Part shown: piece after piece, positions 30,307 through 40,068 of the stretch
How the letters are laid out: each line of letters starts with the position of its first letter
Numbering within the stretch: position 1 is the first letter of the stretch
Assembly: GCA_951813565.1 (NCBI GenBank)
Contig: OX638351.1
Span: 288,001 to 352,000 of the forward strand
Reading direction: 5' to 3'
Source: an uncultured Poribacteria bacterium
GTDB taxonomy: Bacteria; Poribacteria; WGA-4E; WGA-3G
Length of the DNA stretch: 64,000 bases
Notes under the pieces: model-generated
The model's input: the letters and a program-made list of their open reading frames with translations, nothing else
What the model was told of the DNA's origin: nothing
The model's database searches: none
Position numbers and translations under genes: made by a program

Positions 30307-30765
30307 TTAATTTCTCAATAACAACGCAAACGCGAACACAATTAATCCTGAAAAAAGCGTTAAATGTCCAAAAACATTGATATGACGAGGAACGATAACT
30401 CTGCTATCTGGTTGTGCTGTCTCAAGGTACCGCCTATAGAATGAACTGTATAGTCCCCAAAAGAGTGCCATCAATCCGAATGCTGCTAACTTTGCAGCTG
30501 AATATATCATATACTCCGATTTTAATTCCATATTACTATTCCATGCAACGATAAAAATTACAATCCCGCCTGTTAATAAAAGCATGTTAATCATCAATCG
30601 TATCCAGTGGCGAAATCGATTGTGAATCTCTAATAGGTCTTGCGCTGGTAGATTTTGCCGAACAATTGGCATTGCAATCAAGGTTGAAAAAACAACACCT
30701 CCAAACCAGACTATCGCTGCAATAAGATGGAGACTTCGGAGGAAAAGTTCTACAAACGTTCGCAT
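30307..30765 (-). CDS. Four-TM membrane protein, CopD/DUF4149-like
   Basis: RSLHLIAAIVWFGG N-terminal motif; four hydrophobic helices. Confidence 0.6.
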   Translation of the reverse strand: MRTFVELFLRSLHLIAAIVWFGGVVFSTLIAMPIVRQNLPAQDLLEIHNRFRHWIRLMINMLLLTGGIVIFIVAWNSNMELKSEYMIYSAAKLAAFGLMALFWGLYSSFYRRYLETAQPDSRVIVPRHINVFGHLTLFSGLIVFAFALLLRN

Positions 30766-30807
30766 AGTTTGTTTTTTGCTGGATTTGCCTTACAATTAGG
30801 TATGGGA

Positions 30808-31297
30808 TTATACACCCCCACATTTCTCATAAAAGTTCACCCCAACACGTTCAATTTGCGCAACCATATCAGGATTTCCTATCTTGCTGAAAACGGATAG
30901 ATCAATCGTATAAGGTAAAAGCAGATCATCAAGATCAGTGTCAATTTTAGTGAATAAGTACGCTGTGCGTTAATCCCTCACCACAGACGGTTAGGTCAAT
31001 GTCGGATCCGTTTCTATAGGTGCTTGTAGCGCGTGAGCCGTCCAAAATCGCCTTTTCTACTTGTGGATACTGCTTGAAAACACCGTGTATTTTTTCAATA
31101 GTCTTGTCTGATAAGCCGTATTTCATAGCGACTCTTCTTGTTTTATGTGTTCTATTTTTGTCAATAACGTCTCAAAGTGCTTCTAAATCTGAAAGTTTTC
31201 GTTGTTTTGCGAGTTCCACTGCTTCTTTTAGTCGGGAAAACGCTTTTCGAAAACTATCAGCCTTCTGTGTCCAACGGATGTTTGGATGATTCATCAT
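30808..31297 (-). pseudogene. Decayed HEPN (HI0074-like) + minimal nucleotidyltransferase pair
   Basis: 31297: MMNHPNIRWTQK...RLKEAVELAKQRKLSDLE, then an apparent internal deletion. 31126: MKYGLSDKTIEKI...GSRA..TYRNGSDIDL, then a frameshift to DLDDLLLPYTIDL...IERVG. Confidence 0.75.
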
Positions 31298-31342
31298 GAG
31301 CGATCTTTTTATTGGTCCCAAAAAATTGTGTTGAATAGGCTA

Positions 31343-32104
31343 TTACGAGCGTGCTTGCAAGTGCTCAAGTTGTTCTCGGAGTTGTGCGACTTCCGCTTCT
31401 GCTTTCTCTCGTGCTGCGGCTTCCTGTGCTGCGCGTGCTTCAGCGGTTTCCGCACGTGTTGTTTCCTTCTGTCGTTCAGTGGCTTCTTGTTCTGCACGTG
31501 CTTCAGCGGTTTCCGCCCGTGTTTTTACCCACTCACTCGCAACCGGATCATAGATACCTATTTCCTGATCCCTTATGCGGAAATCTAAGCCCAGAGACGA
31601 TGAACGAACACCACCATTTTCATCTGGTTGAACTTCTACATAGACACCATTAACTAACTCAAAACCTATCAGTTGTGATGGCAAATACAGCCCCTCCGCA
31701 TCATACAAGAAATAGTTCTGTATCTCAAGAGAGGCATAAATTTCCATCTTGTCTGTTAAGTCGTTTTGATATGTGTTTTTGCTGCTGAACTCCATCACAA
31801 ATTCTGGCACTTTCCCCTCTTCCCAGACCAAGTATGTCCGCCTTGCCTTCATTCCTATTCCGAAAGAGACAAGAACATCTGGAGATATAGACTTATTAGG
31901 TGAACCTTCTACATAATACATCAGAATATCACCAGAGATATAGACAGATGGGTTATGTGAGAAATGTGCCCCAAGTGCTTCTAATGTCCAAAACAACTGA
32001 TGCCTGTGAAGATCGCTTGCTGCCATCGGTTTTCCATCCTCTTCAGGATACAGTACATCTGTGGGGACATAAGAGACATGGTCCTTTTTTGTGTCGGTTG
32101 CCAT
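31343..32104 (-). CDS. Uma2 family endonuclease with repetitive coiled-coil tail
   Basis: YPEEDGKPMA, SPDVLV, PEFVMEFSS, NYFLYD; TRAETAEARA twice (63-bp period). Confidence 0.88.
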   Translation of the reverse strand: MATDTKKDHVSYVPTDVLYPEEDGKPMAASDLHRHQLFWTLEALGAHFSHNPSVYISGDILMYYVEGSPNKSISPDVLVSFGIGMKARRTYLVWEEGKVPEFVMEFSSKNTYQNDLTDKMEIYASLEIQNYFLYDAEGLYLPSQLIGFELVNGVYVEVQPDENGGVRSSSLGLDFRIRDQEIGIYDPVASEWVKTRAETAEARAEQEATERQKETTRAETAEARAAQEAAAREKAEAEVAQLREQLEHLQARS

Positions 32105-32217
32105 AATGTTTCTCCTTTACCAAAAGATGCGTGAAAACAGAGGTTAAGGTTTTTAGTTCTATCTATAGTGTGCCTTAATTATAGCCGAAAACAAGGAGGG
32201 TATCAAGCATTTATGGT

Positions 32218-32742
32218 TTAGAACTGTGCGGGGAAGTTCCCGCGCGCAGCATCCATCACTTCGCCAGTAATCTCGGTATGTCCATTATCTTTGGCAAAAC
32301 TTTCAATACCCATCTTTGCCATCGGACGGACAAAACTTGGGATACGTTCTAAACGTTCTAACGCCTCAGGTGTCCATGTGAGACCATCAGGCTCAGATTC
32401 TGGTTTTTCTTCAAATGCGTCCGAGATGACAGACGTAAACGGACATTTTCCGCCCTCAGCCGTTTCTCCTGATCCCATTTCTGACGCGATGTTTGGCATT
32501 GAATCCTGCTTTGCAGTCTCTAACTGTGAACGGACCATCTGCATCGGTTGTGCCGCTTCACTGTTACCGCCGAGTTTCAGGTCCAAGGATTTTAACATCT
32601 GTGTTTCCGATGGATTGAGGTACATCGCTATCTCAGTAAAGCAGTCTGGACATTCAAATACAGCAGTAACAGACCCCTGTTCAGGACGGGTTACGTCTTT
32701 AAATTTCATTGCTGTGTCGCAGTCTATACATAAGAATTTCAT
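32218..32742 (-). CDS. Zn-ribbon (CxxC...CxxC) protein with C-terminal PCP_red domain
   Basis: MKFLCIDCD...FECPDC; KCPF; WTPEALERLERIPSFVRPMAKMGIESFAKDNGHTEIT. Confidence 0.78.
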   Translation of the reverse strand: MKFLCIDCDTAMKFKDVTRPEQGSVTAVFECPDCFTEIAMYLNPSETQMLKSLDLKLGGNSEAAQPMQMVRSQLETAKQDSMPNIASEMGSGETAEGGKCPFTSVISDAFEEKPESEPDGLTWTPEALERLERIPSFVRPMAKMGIESFAKDNGHTEITGEVMDAARGNFPAQF

Positions 32743-32880
32743 CGTTTAATCTCCAAATTTTTCGAAACCGAATAGTAACTTTCTATGTATTCCTTCATTT
32801 GTAGTAGCGTAATTTATCACACCTTGAACTTGTGGACGGCACGCGGAGCGTGCCTACTACTTTTAAGAGTACCTCATCAG

Positions 32881-33762
32881 TTATGTCTTGAAGAAATCTT
32901 GAATCTTATGTGCCACCTCTATAATCGCTTTGCTTGCGGGAGTTTCAGGGTGCTCATGAACATAAGGCGTACCGCTGTCGCTACAATGTGATAATTTTGG
33001 ATCGAAAGGGATTTTGCCGAGCGTAGTTAACTGAAACACATTATCAGGTGTCCCTTCAGCAGAAAAGAGCGGTTCGTGTTCACCACAATGTTTACACACA
33101 TAGAACGCCATATTTTCTACAATGCCGATAACCGGCACCTTGAGGATGTCTCTCGCCATCGTTATAGATTTTTTGACAATCAGGTGTGAGACTTCGGAGG
33201 GAATTGTTACGACAACCACGCCACCGAGATTTGGGATGAGTTCAGCCACATTCGGCAAACGATCAGAACCTGGTGGCAGGTCAAGCAGAAGATAATCCAA
33301 TTCTCCCCATTCAGTGTCGCCGATGAACTCCCGCAGTGCACCAACCTCCATTGTGGAACGCCATGTGAAAGCATCCTTTTGTGTGTGTGCATTCCACAGC
33401 ACTGGGGCATCATCTTCAGATAAGAGCAGATCCATTGAAATGATTTTTGTGCCGCGGGAACTAATTGCCGGTTTGACACCTGTAGATGCGTACTCAAGCG
33501 TTGTGTTGCGTACTCCCATCATTTTGGCAATCGTTGGGCCGTTGATGTCCGCATCTACAATACCGACAGCACACCCCGACAGCGTCAGCGCGGTAGCGAG
33601 GTTAGCGGTGATAGCACTCTTGCCGACACCGCCTTTTCCACTCATAATAGCGACAGTATTTTTCACCGAAGCGAGACGTTTACTAAGGCGGTTCGCTTGT
33701 GCAGTTACTTGCCCGATAATGTTGGAACCGGCATCATCCGGGAGTTCCTTGAAACTTTTCAC
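32881..33762 (-). CDS. Mrp/NBP35 (ApbC) Fe-S cluster carrier ATPase
   Basis: SGKGGVGKS, DADINGP, WGELDYLLLDLPPG, ENM...CKHC. Confidence 0.92.
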   Translation of the reverse strand: MKSFKELPDDAGSNIIGQVTAQANRLSKRLASVKNTVAIMSGKGGVGKSAITANLATALTLSGCAVGIVDADINGPTIAKMMGVRNTTLEYASTGVKPAISSRGTKIISMDLLLSEDDAPVLWNAHTQKDAFTWRSTMEVGALREFIGDTEWGELDYLLLDLPPGSDRLPNVAELIPNLGGVVVVTIPSEVSHLIVKKSITMARDILKVPVIGIVENMAFYVCKHCGEHEPLFSAEGTPDNVFQLTTLGKIPFDPKLSHCSDSGTPYVHEHPETPASKAIIEVAHKIQDFFKT

Positions 33763-35033
33763 TTTTTCTGGCCGATGGCATACAAGGCGTCATAACTACG
33801 CAAGTAGAGAACTCCATCCGCAATTACAGGCGATGCAGCGACGGTTTCATCAATTGAATTGGTGGCCAGGATTTCAAATTCTCGTCCCGCCTTAACAACA
33901 TTGACAACACCATTTCGAGATGTTAGATAGATATAACCGTTTGCATAAACGGGAGAAGAACGGTGTAGCTGACGGTTTATTCGCATTTCATAGAGTTCTT
34001 CCCCTGTTTTCGCGTCAAGGCAGATAAGGATACCTTTTTCCCGGCACAGATAGACTAAACCGTCATGGATAAGCGGAGATGGCACGTCCGGTGTGCCTTC
34101 TTGAAGTTTCCAGATTTGCCATTTGGTGTCTGTTATATTACCTGTTCCCGATGGGTCTAAACCTAAGACAGGTCCGTTTTTGGCTGAAGGGACGACAATA
34201 AGACCTTCTGTTACTACAGGAGAAGCCACAAGTCGAAACGAAGGATTATACCATTCTGGTGGATTCAAGCCACCACATCGCCAAATTTCGCTGCCATCTT
34301 CAAGATTATGTGCCGTGACATAGTCAGCACCATGCACAACAAGGAATTCACGTTCCGCATCACGATAAAGAATTGGGGATGTATAGGCGTGTTCACATTC
34401 TTTCCTCGCATCACTTTTGCGGTCATGTTTCCAAATCTCTTCACCTGTCATCTTGTTAAGTGCAAGAACTAACCATGCGTTGCTATGAATAAGTTGAAGG
34501 TATAACCTATCTTTGTCCAGCACTGGTGACATAGACATCAGGAAGCCGAGTCTAAACTTGCCGTAACGTTCCTCCAAATTTGTTTGCCATACGGGATTCC
34601 CCTCAATGTCGTAGCAAGCCAGGTCACCTGTTCCGAGAAACGCCCAAACATGTTTACCATCAGTAGTAGGAGAGGGGGCAGCAAGATTTACTTCATCGCC
34701 GCGTTTAGAACGGTTACCTTGTGCCAACGTGCGTTTCCATAGTTCCTCACCTTCGGTACTGACACACATCAGAACAAGTTCGCTTCCATCAGCGGATGTC
34801 AGGAAAATCTTATCTCCCCAGACAACGGGAGTGGAAGCCGCTTGACCGGGCAGCGGTAAACGCCAACGGACGTTCTCAGTCTGGCTCCACTGGATGGGCA
34901 CATCAGTTTCATTACTGATTCCGTCGTTGTTTGGGCCTCGCCATTGGTGCCAGTTTTCGGCGAAACCGTTGTTGATTAGAATTAGAGACGCAAATAGGAA
35001 AATTAATAGGTTGCTGACAATATGTTTTTGCAT
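33759..35033 (-). CDS. Secreted PQQ-like beta-propeller protein (BamB-like repeats)
   Basis: NWHQWRGP, STPVVWGDKIFLT, repeated SP..DG..Y blades. Confidence 0.85.
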   Translation of the reverse strand: MQKHIVSNLLIFLFASLILINNGFAENWHQWRGPNNDGISNETDVPIQWSQTENVRWRLPLPGQAASTPVVWGDKIFLTSADGSELVLMCVSTEGEELWKRTLAQGNRSKRGDEVNLAAPSPTTDGKHVWAFLGTGDLACYDIEGNPVWQTNLEERYGKFRLGFLMSMSPVLDKDRLYLQLIHSNAWLVLALNKMTGEEIWKHDRKSDARKECEHAYTSPILYRDAEREFLVVHGADYVTAHNLEDGSEIWRCGGLNPPEWYNPSFRLVASPVVTEGLIVVPSAKNGPVLGLDPSGTGNITDTKWQIWKLQEGTPDVPSPLIHDGLVYLCREKGILICLDAKTGEELYEMRINRQLHRSSPVYANGYIYLTSRNGVVNVVKAGREFEILATNSIDETVAASPVIADGVLYLRSYDALYAIGQKK

Positions 35034-35133
35034 GATTAATCTCCATTTTCAGCGAACCTTGTTGAGGTCCGTTGTAGTATAGTGTGACGCTGTGTTTCTT
35101 GAATAGCGATCAATTATTTACGCTATTACAAGG

Positions 35134-35562
35134 TTAACGATTCTCATCCGTCCATAAGCCTCTATCTTGACCGTTCCACTGGTAAGGAACTATTTTTGAT
35201 AGATCTCCAACGTTGTACTCAGGGAACTTATTCCCTGCCTCTATAACATAACCTTCGTTTGTAAAAATAGGGAATTTAAGTTTGGTGAGGGTGTCAACAG
35301 GTTCGATTTCCAACCACACGTCAAGATCACCTACCACTGTTTTAAAAAATAAGTCAGCAGAATGGCTTTCATGTTTCAGAATCATGATGACACCAGATTG
35401 CTTAACTTCTCCATTTGACGAACGTACTTTCAAACCTACAACGAGATCTTCTGATGGCGGCGGATATGATTTTAACTTAAACCACAAGCCTTGACTTGAT
35501 CCCTCTGCTGCGCCTTCATTCGGACCAAGTATCTGAAAAGTAATTGTCGGAATATCCACCAT
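35134..35562 (-). CDS. Hypothetical protein
   Basis: Co-oriented 142-aa frame with AAGGTG RBS; no family recognised. Confidence 0.5.
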   Translation of the reverse strand: MVDIPTITFQILGPNEGAAEGSSQGLWFKLKSYPPPSEDLVVGLKVRSSNGEVKQSGVIMILKHESHSADLFFKTVVGDLDVWLEIEPVDTLTKLKFPIFTNEGYVIEAGNKFPEYNVGDLSKIVPYQWNGQDRGLWTDENR

Positions 35563-35575
35563 ACTTCACCTTGTT

Positions 35576-37492
35576 TTAGCTGTCTTGATTATTCTCATTG
35601 TTTGATTGTTGGTAATACTCACCGAGTACTTCATTGGCAAGGCTTCTACCATCTTCAATAACGCGAGCAGCAAAATCGAGCGTAACTTGCGTAATACCTG
35701 CCTCTTGCGCGCGCTGTTCAATCCGTGTTTGGGTGATATTTTGCATAAAACCAACAGGGACTAAATTCAACCGGTCTACTGCATCTTCTGTCCATTCAAG
35801 GATACTTTCAATATTTACTGTTGTCTCAGTGCCTTGAGATTCAGTTTGCGCTTGCATGGCTCTAAGTTCAGGAGCATCTTCACGAACAGCTGCTGCTTCA
35901 CCCATGCTGTCATCAATGATCTGCGTGGCAAAATCATTTGTAATTGTGGCAATCTTTTGAGATCGTGCGGATTTTTCGATCCGTGCTTTCACATTGCGCC
36001 GCATATAGCCGCGTGGCACGGTACGCAGTGCTTTCTTCGCTTGCTCAGACCATTGCAAACGGACACCATCAAAAGTTTCCTCTTCTGCAGTGCCTCCTTC
36101 GTCAACAGCGATGTGTTCAATGGAATTTTTATCGACCATCTGGAAACGTTCTGGCGGTGAACTACAAACAGGACACTTAACCGGTTGTTGATCATGTGCG
36201 GCATAGCCACATTCACCACAGATATAGGTTTGCACGTCACCTGCTTCTAATACCTTCTGTTCAGCGATCTCTTTTGCGACGCGTGTTAGTTTTTCGGAGG
36301 CGCGTTGTGGCATAATCGCTTCCATCGCTTTGTCAATAACGCTTTCGGTAATAACAGAATGCCCGCGTTCAATAGCAAAGCGGTGCACTGCAGTTTTCGC
36401 AATGCCACGCACCAATGGAGGTGCTTTCTCCATGCGATCCATTGCTTCCTGCGTCCACACAAGGGTTTCTTCTGCTTTTACATCAATTTGGGGAAAATAA
36501 CGTTGGCTTGACAGCAGCACGTTGCATGGCGCAAGGCGTAAGAGGTTTTCGGCTGTGCTGCCAATGTCCGAGTCTTGTTCATTATGGACGCCAATTCTGC
36601 CTAAAACGAGGAGCCATGGATTAGTTTTTCGGGTGTATTGAAGTATTTTTTCATAAGCCTTCCCATCAAGGAGGGTGATTTTTAGTTGATAGTCGTGATC
36701 TTCTTTAGCAATAGAACGGGCAACTTCAAGGTGTGATTGATATATTTTAGCAAGACCGGTATCTATTACTTCTTCGTGCAGCTGCTCTTGTTCTTTAAAT
36801 CTAAATGTTCTCGCGGCTCGTTCTGTTAGGACATTTACAACGGAATTAAAAACGATGTAGTGCAGATATGGATCATATACGCCTACTGCTTCAACCTGTT
36901 TATTGAACATTTGTCCAAGACGGATAGCGGTTTTTAGTCCAGAAAAAGATTCTGGACTCCCGTCAATACCGACGAGGATGTTCCCAGATTGTTCGTCAAT
37001 AGGGTCAAGGTTTCGGACGATAAGCGTATCTGTGGTAATACGCCGCACAACGCGTTCACAGACGCCACCGATTAGGCTATCCTTGACAGCACCCATACCG
37101 AGTGCGCCCATAATAACCAGATCGTAATCGCTTTCCTGAATATCCTCAACCAGTTTGATGTAGTGCTTGCCTTCAGGCATCTTCGGTTCAAAAGGAATCT
37201 CAAGCTTTTCACACTTCTTTTTCATTACCTCAAGATAGGAATCCGAAATGAGTTGGAGTCCCATGGTAATGAGCGTGTCGTGGATACGGCGCTGCTTTTC
37301 GAGTTCTACTTCGTCCTGATACTCCTCTGGCAGCGTATATTCCATCTGCTTGAAGCGTACATCGTGCATTTTTGCCGCGTAGACGTGTGATCCTACTAAC
37401 TGCGAACCGAATTTCTTAGCGAATTCAACCGCTAAACTAATACTGGCATCTGAGTAGTCTGAATTATCTACTGGCACGTAAATCTTTTTCAT
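35576..37492 (-). CDS. Tandem universal stress protein fused to PCP_red, rubredoxin-like and two more PCP_red domains
   Basis: KIYVPVDNS...DLVIMGALG...GGVCERVVR; ILVGIDGS...IGSTAENLLR; CGECG...CPVC; three W(T/S)xxAxxR...IT repeats. Confidence 0.85.
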   Translation of the reverse strand: MKKIYVPVDNSDYSDASISLAVEFAKKFGSQLVGSHVYAAKMHDVRFKQMEYTLPEEYQDEVELEKQRRIHDTLITMGLQLISDSYLEVMKKKCEKLEIPFEPKMPEGKHYIKLVEDIQESDYDLVIMGALGMGAVKDSLIGGVCERVVRRITTDTLIVRNLDPIDEQSGNILVGIDGSPESFSGLKTAIRLGQMFNKQVEAVGVYDPYLHYIVFNSVVNVLTERAARTFRFKEQEQLHEEVIDTGLAKIYQSHLEVARSIAKEDHDYQLKITLLDGKAYEKILQYTRKTNPWLLVLGRIGVHNEQDSDIGSTAENLLRLAPCNVLLSSQRYFPQIDVKAEETLVWTQEAMDRMEKAPPLVRGIAKTAVHRFAIERGHSVITESVIDKAMEAIMPQRASEKLTRVAKEIAEQKVLEAGDVQTYICGECGYAAHDQQPVKCPVCSSPPERFQMVDKNSIEHIAVDEGGTAEEETFDGVRLQWSEQAKKALRTVPRGYMRRNVKARIEKSARSQKIATITNDFATQIIDDSMGEAAAVREDAPELRAMQAQTESQGTETTVNIESILEWTEDAVDRLNLVPVGFMQNITQTRIEQRAQEAGITQVTLDFAARVIEDGRSLANEVLGEYYQQSNNENNQDS

Positions 37493-37611
37493 AATGTTTT
37501 CTCACATCTCATTATAGTAGAGTCTATAATTGTTGTAGTGATTTCAAAACTACTGGTGTAAATGTAAGAGGCGCAATAAATTGCGCGACTACAAACGTCA
37601 AGAATTCAAAT

Positions 37612-37884
37612 TCACTCTGTTTCTACATTATCACAAGGCTTGTGGCGAGAACCGATAAAACCTCCGAGGATATGCGCCAACAGTGTTGCTGGCCATAAGT
37701 ACACTATTGCTGTTTGCCATTCCCAATGGAGGATGAAACGCCGAACAACGATATTAAGCACAATCGGTATATATAAGCATCTACTCCAAGGTCGACTGAA
37801 CTTTTTATATCGTACGCGAAAAAATCCGAAAGGGAAATGAACCAAAAACGCTGCAATGGATATTAAAAAGTGTACATCCTTCAT
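37612..37884 (-). CDS. Small membrane protein
   Basis: HFPFGFFR..YKKFS.PW..C.YIPI; coupled to the SCO gene stop. Confidence 0.6.
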   Translation of the reverse strand: MKDVHFLISIAAFLVHFPFGFFRVRYKKFSRPWSRCLYIPIVLNIVVRRFILHWEWQTAIVYLWPATLLAHILGGFIGSRHKPCDNVETE

Positions 37885-38516
37885 TTTTTAAGGAGTGCTT
37901 TGACATCCGTGCGTAGCTGCTTCATATCGGGTTTGCTTCGACTGTCATAGTAGTCGTGAATGTTTCCATCTGTTGTCACAAGGACAAACTTTGTGCTATG
38001 GGGAAATCCGCCCCCGTGCTTTGCAGCGGCTAATTTAAAACCTTCATTCGCTAATTGGTAAATCTGATCCTTTTCACCTGTTAGAAAATGCCATCTTTTT
38101 TCGTCAACGCCATATTGCATCGCATAACGTGAGAGAACTTCTGATGTATCTCGCTCCGGATCCACTGTGAAAGAAACAAAATAGACAGGTTCTGTGTCGA
38201 ATTCCGATTGTAGGTTTACCATTTCCTGCGTCATAACAGGACAAATTGTTGGACAGTGAGTAAAAATAAAATCCGCAACCCAAATTTTGCCCTCTAAATC
38301 GGATAATCCCAACGGTTGTCCTTGCTGGTTGATTAAACTAAAATCGGGAACGTTAGCAGAAACGACTTCAGATGTTGTTTCCGAGTTCGTTTGGAATGTT
38401 GACCACAAAGTATAACCAGCAATACCGACAATAATGACTCCTAATACTACCCAAGGCAGTGTGCTCTTTTCAAGTTTGCGTTCATCTTGATGAAGGTTGT
38501 CAGTCGGATTTTCCAT
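37881..38516 (-). CDS. SCO1/SenC copper chaperone
   Basis: FIFTHCPTICP, VDPERDT, PHS. Confidence 0.92.
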   Translation of the reverse strand: MENPTDNLHQDERKLEKSTLPWVVLGVIIVGIAGYTLWSTFQTNSETTSEVVSANVPDFSLINQQGQPLGLSDLEGKIWVADFIFTHCPTICPVMTQEMVNLQSEFDTEPVYFVSFTVDPERDTSEVLSRYAMQYGVDEKRWHFLTGEKDQIYQLANEGFKLAAAKHGGGFPHSTKFVLVTTDGNIHDYYDSRSKPDMKQLRTDVKALLKK

Positions 38517-38560
38517 AATTGCTGTGCCTTCAGTGAACAGAATAAACAACTACCTGAACC

Positions 38561-38899
38561 TTACTGAGAGTTCGTATCTACGACTTCTGCTGCCGGTTTC
38601 TCAATACCTTCGTGCCGTTTATCCGATGTCAGATCAGGCATCAGCATAATGACAAGGAAAACACAGATAAAAAAAGGTATAATTACGATAACTGCTAAAG
38701 TGCGTTTTTCAAGCTTAAGATGCATGAAATAGGCAGCAACCAAGATAGCCTTAGCACATGCCAACCCAATAAGTAATATGATGGTAAGTGCTTTAGGTAA
38801 GTCAGGAATAACTATGCCTACCTCAATAGCTGTCAAGACAGCAAGCCATAAGAAAATATACATGTATTTCGGATGTTCTTTGTGTCCGTTCTCTGCCAT
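38561..38899 (-). CDS. Cytochrome c oxidase subunit IV family
   Basis: LAVLTAIEV, KAILVAAYFMHLK. Confidence 0.88.
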   Translation of the reverse strand: MAENGHKEHPKYMYIFLWLAVLTAIEVGIVIPDLPKALTIILLIGLACAKAILVAAYFMHLKLEKRTLAVIVIIPFFICVFLVIMLMPDLTSDKRHEGIEKPAAEVVDTNSQ

Positions 38900-38911
38900 T
38901 TTAAGGTACTC

Positions 38912-39562
38912 CTATATTAGATAGATGAAGGTGAAAACCATAATCCAAATCAGGTCAACGAAGTGCCAATATAGCCCAACAATTTCCACCTCATGGTTAT
39001 ACTCGGCAGTGTATCTGCCCCGCAATCCATGTATCAGTATCACAATGAGGTAAACAACGCCACCGGTTACATGTAACCCGTGGAAACCAGTTATGGCATA
39101 GAACATAGGACCAAAGAGGGTAGAACCGCTAATTGCATCACCAGAAAGACTATGGTCGGGGATTCCTGTCAGTGTCAATCCATGTTTAATCAAATGTGTC
39201 CATTCATACGCTTGTAAGCCTAAAAAAATGACACCACCTAAGATCGTTAAGCCGAGAAATGTGCACATACGAGAAACGTTGCCCTTTTGAATTGACTCTA
39301 AGGCTTTAACCATTGTGACACTACTGCAGATCAACAGAAACGTCATAACTGCGGTCAGGTTAATACCGAGTATCTCGCTTGGTGGAACCCATCCGATTAC
39401 ACCTGCGCCAATCCGTATTGCTGCATAAGCCGCGAGCAATGCGCCAAACGACATCGTATCGCCTATAAGGAATATCCACATGCCGAGTTTACCGAGGCTA
39501 TCAGGTGTAAGCGACGGTTCGTATACGTCTTCAGTATGTTCTAAAGTGGTAGCTTGTTCCAC
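38912..39562 (-). CDS. Cytochrome c oxidase subunit III family (copy 2)
   Basis: GMWIFL, TGFHGLHV, GLYWHFVDLIW. Confidence 0.92.
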   Translation of the reverse strand: MEQATTLEHTEDVYEPSLTPDSLGKLGMWIFLIGDTMSFGALLAAYAAIRIGAGVIGWVPPSEILGINLTAVMTFLLICSSVTMVKALESIQKGNVSRMCTFLGLTILGGVIFLGLQAYEWTHLIKHGLTLTGIPDHSLSGDAISGSTLFGPMFYAITGFHGLHVTGGVVYLIVILIHGLRGRYTAEYNHEVEIVGLYWHFVDLIWIMVFTFIYLI

Positions 39563-39594
39563 TATACTAAACTCCTTTTCTGTTTATGGTGGAG

Positions 39595-40008
39595 TATAGA
39601 AATAATTCTACATTTCCTCTGTGAATCAACGCTGAATGCGCGTATGGCATTCAGCGGGAGCGATCTCCGAATCGCGACCGAACTGTTAGGAACAGTCGGG
39701 AATCGGAGTTCCCTCCCGACAAATGCCTTATGTGCATTCAGCGTTGATTCACAGTTCAGGAGTGTAGCGTTAATTCTAATCTTTACCATATTGTCCAAAT
39801 TTATTGAAAACTATAGTTAATTTAACGCTTTGACAGTAAGCTTACAAAGCGCGCCTCCTGCGTTTTCCATCTTATGGTAGATATAAGATATAATTCTACA
39901 TTACGGGTTTGTAGTCGGGAACTCCGATTCCCGGCTACCAAAGCGTTTAGTCGCGATTCGGAGATCGCTCCCGCCGAATACCTTATGCGTATTCGGCGTT
40001 GATTCACA
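39595..40008. repeat. REP cluster with three 33-bp hairpin insertions
   Basis: GGAGCGATCTCCGAATCGCGA / GGGAATCGGAGTTCCC REP doublets, with AATCAACGC...GCG inserts at 39624-39656, 39717-39749 and 39972-40004. Confidence 0.75.
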
Positions 40009-40068
40009 AGTAAAGTGTATAATTATTTCAATATTTCACCGTAATGTGAAGCCATGTATGAGAGCGTT

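Noticed and set aside
33759..35033. PQQ-dependent dehydrogenase, with the radical SAM as PqqE
   Set aside because: Generic propeller repeats without recognisable catalytic motifs; no pqqA-D genes nearby.
39554..40007. Short ORFs 39562-39798, 39554-39820 and 39822-40007 (similarly 6535-6936, 6650-6997, 18983-19378)
   Set aside because: They are read through REP/hairpin repeats and lack RBS or protein-family features.
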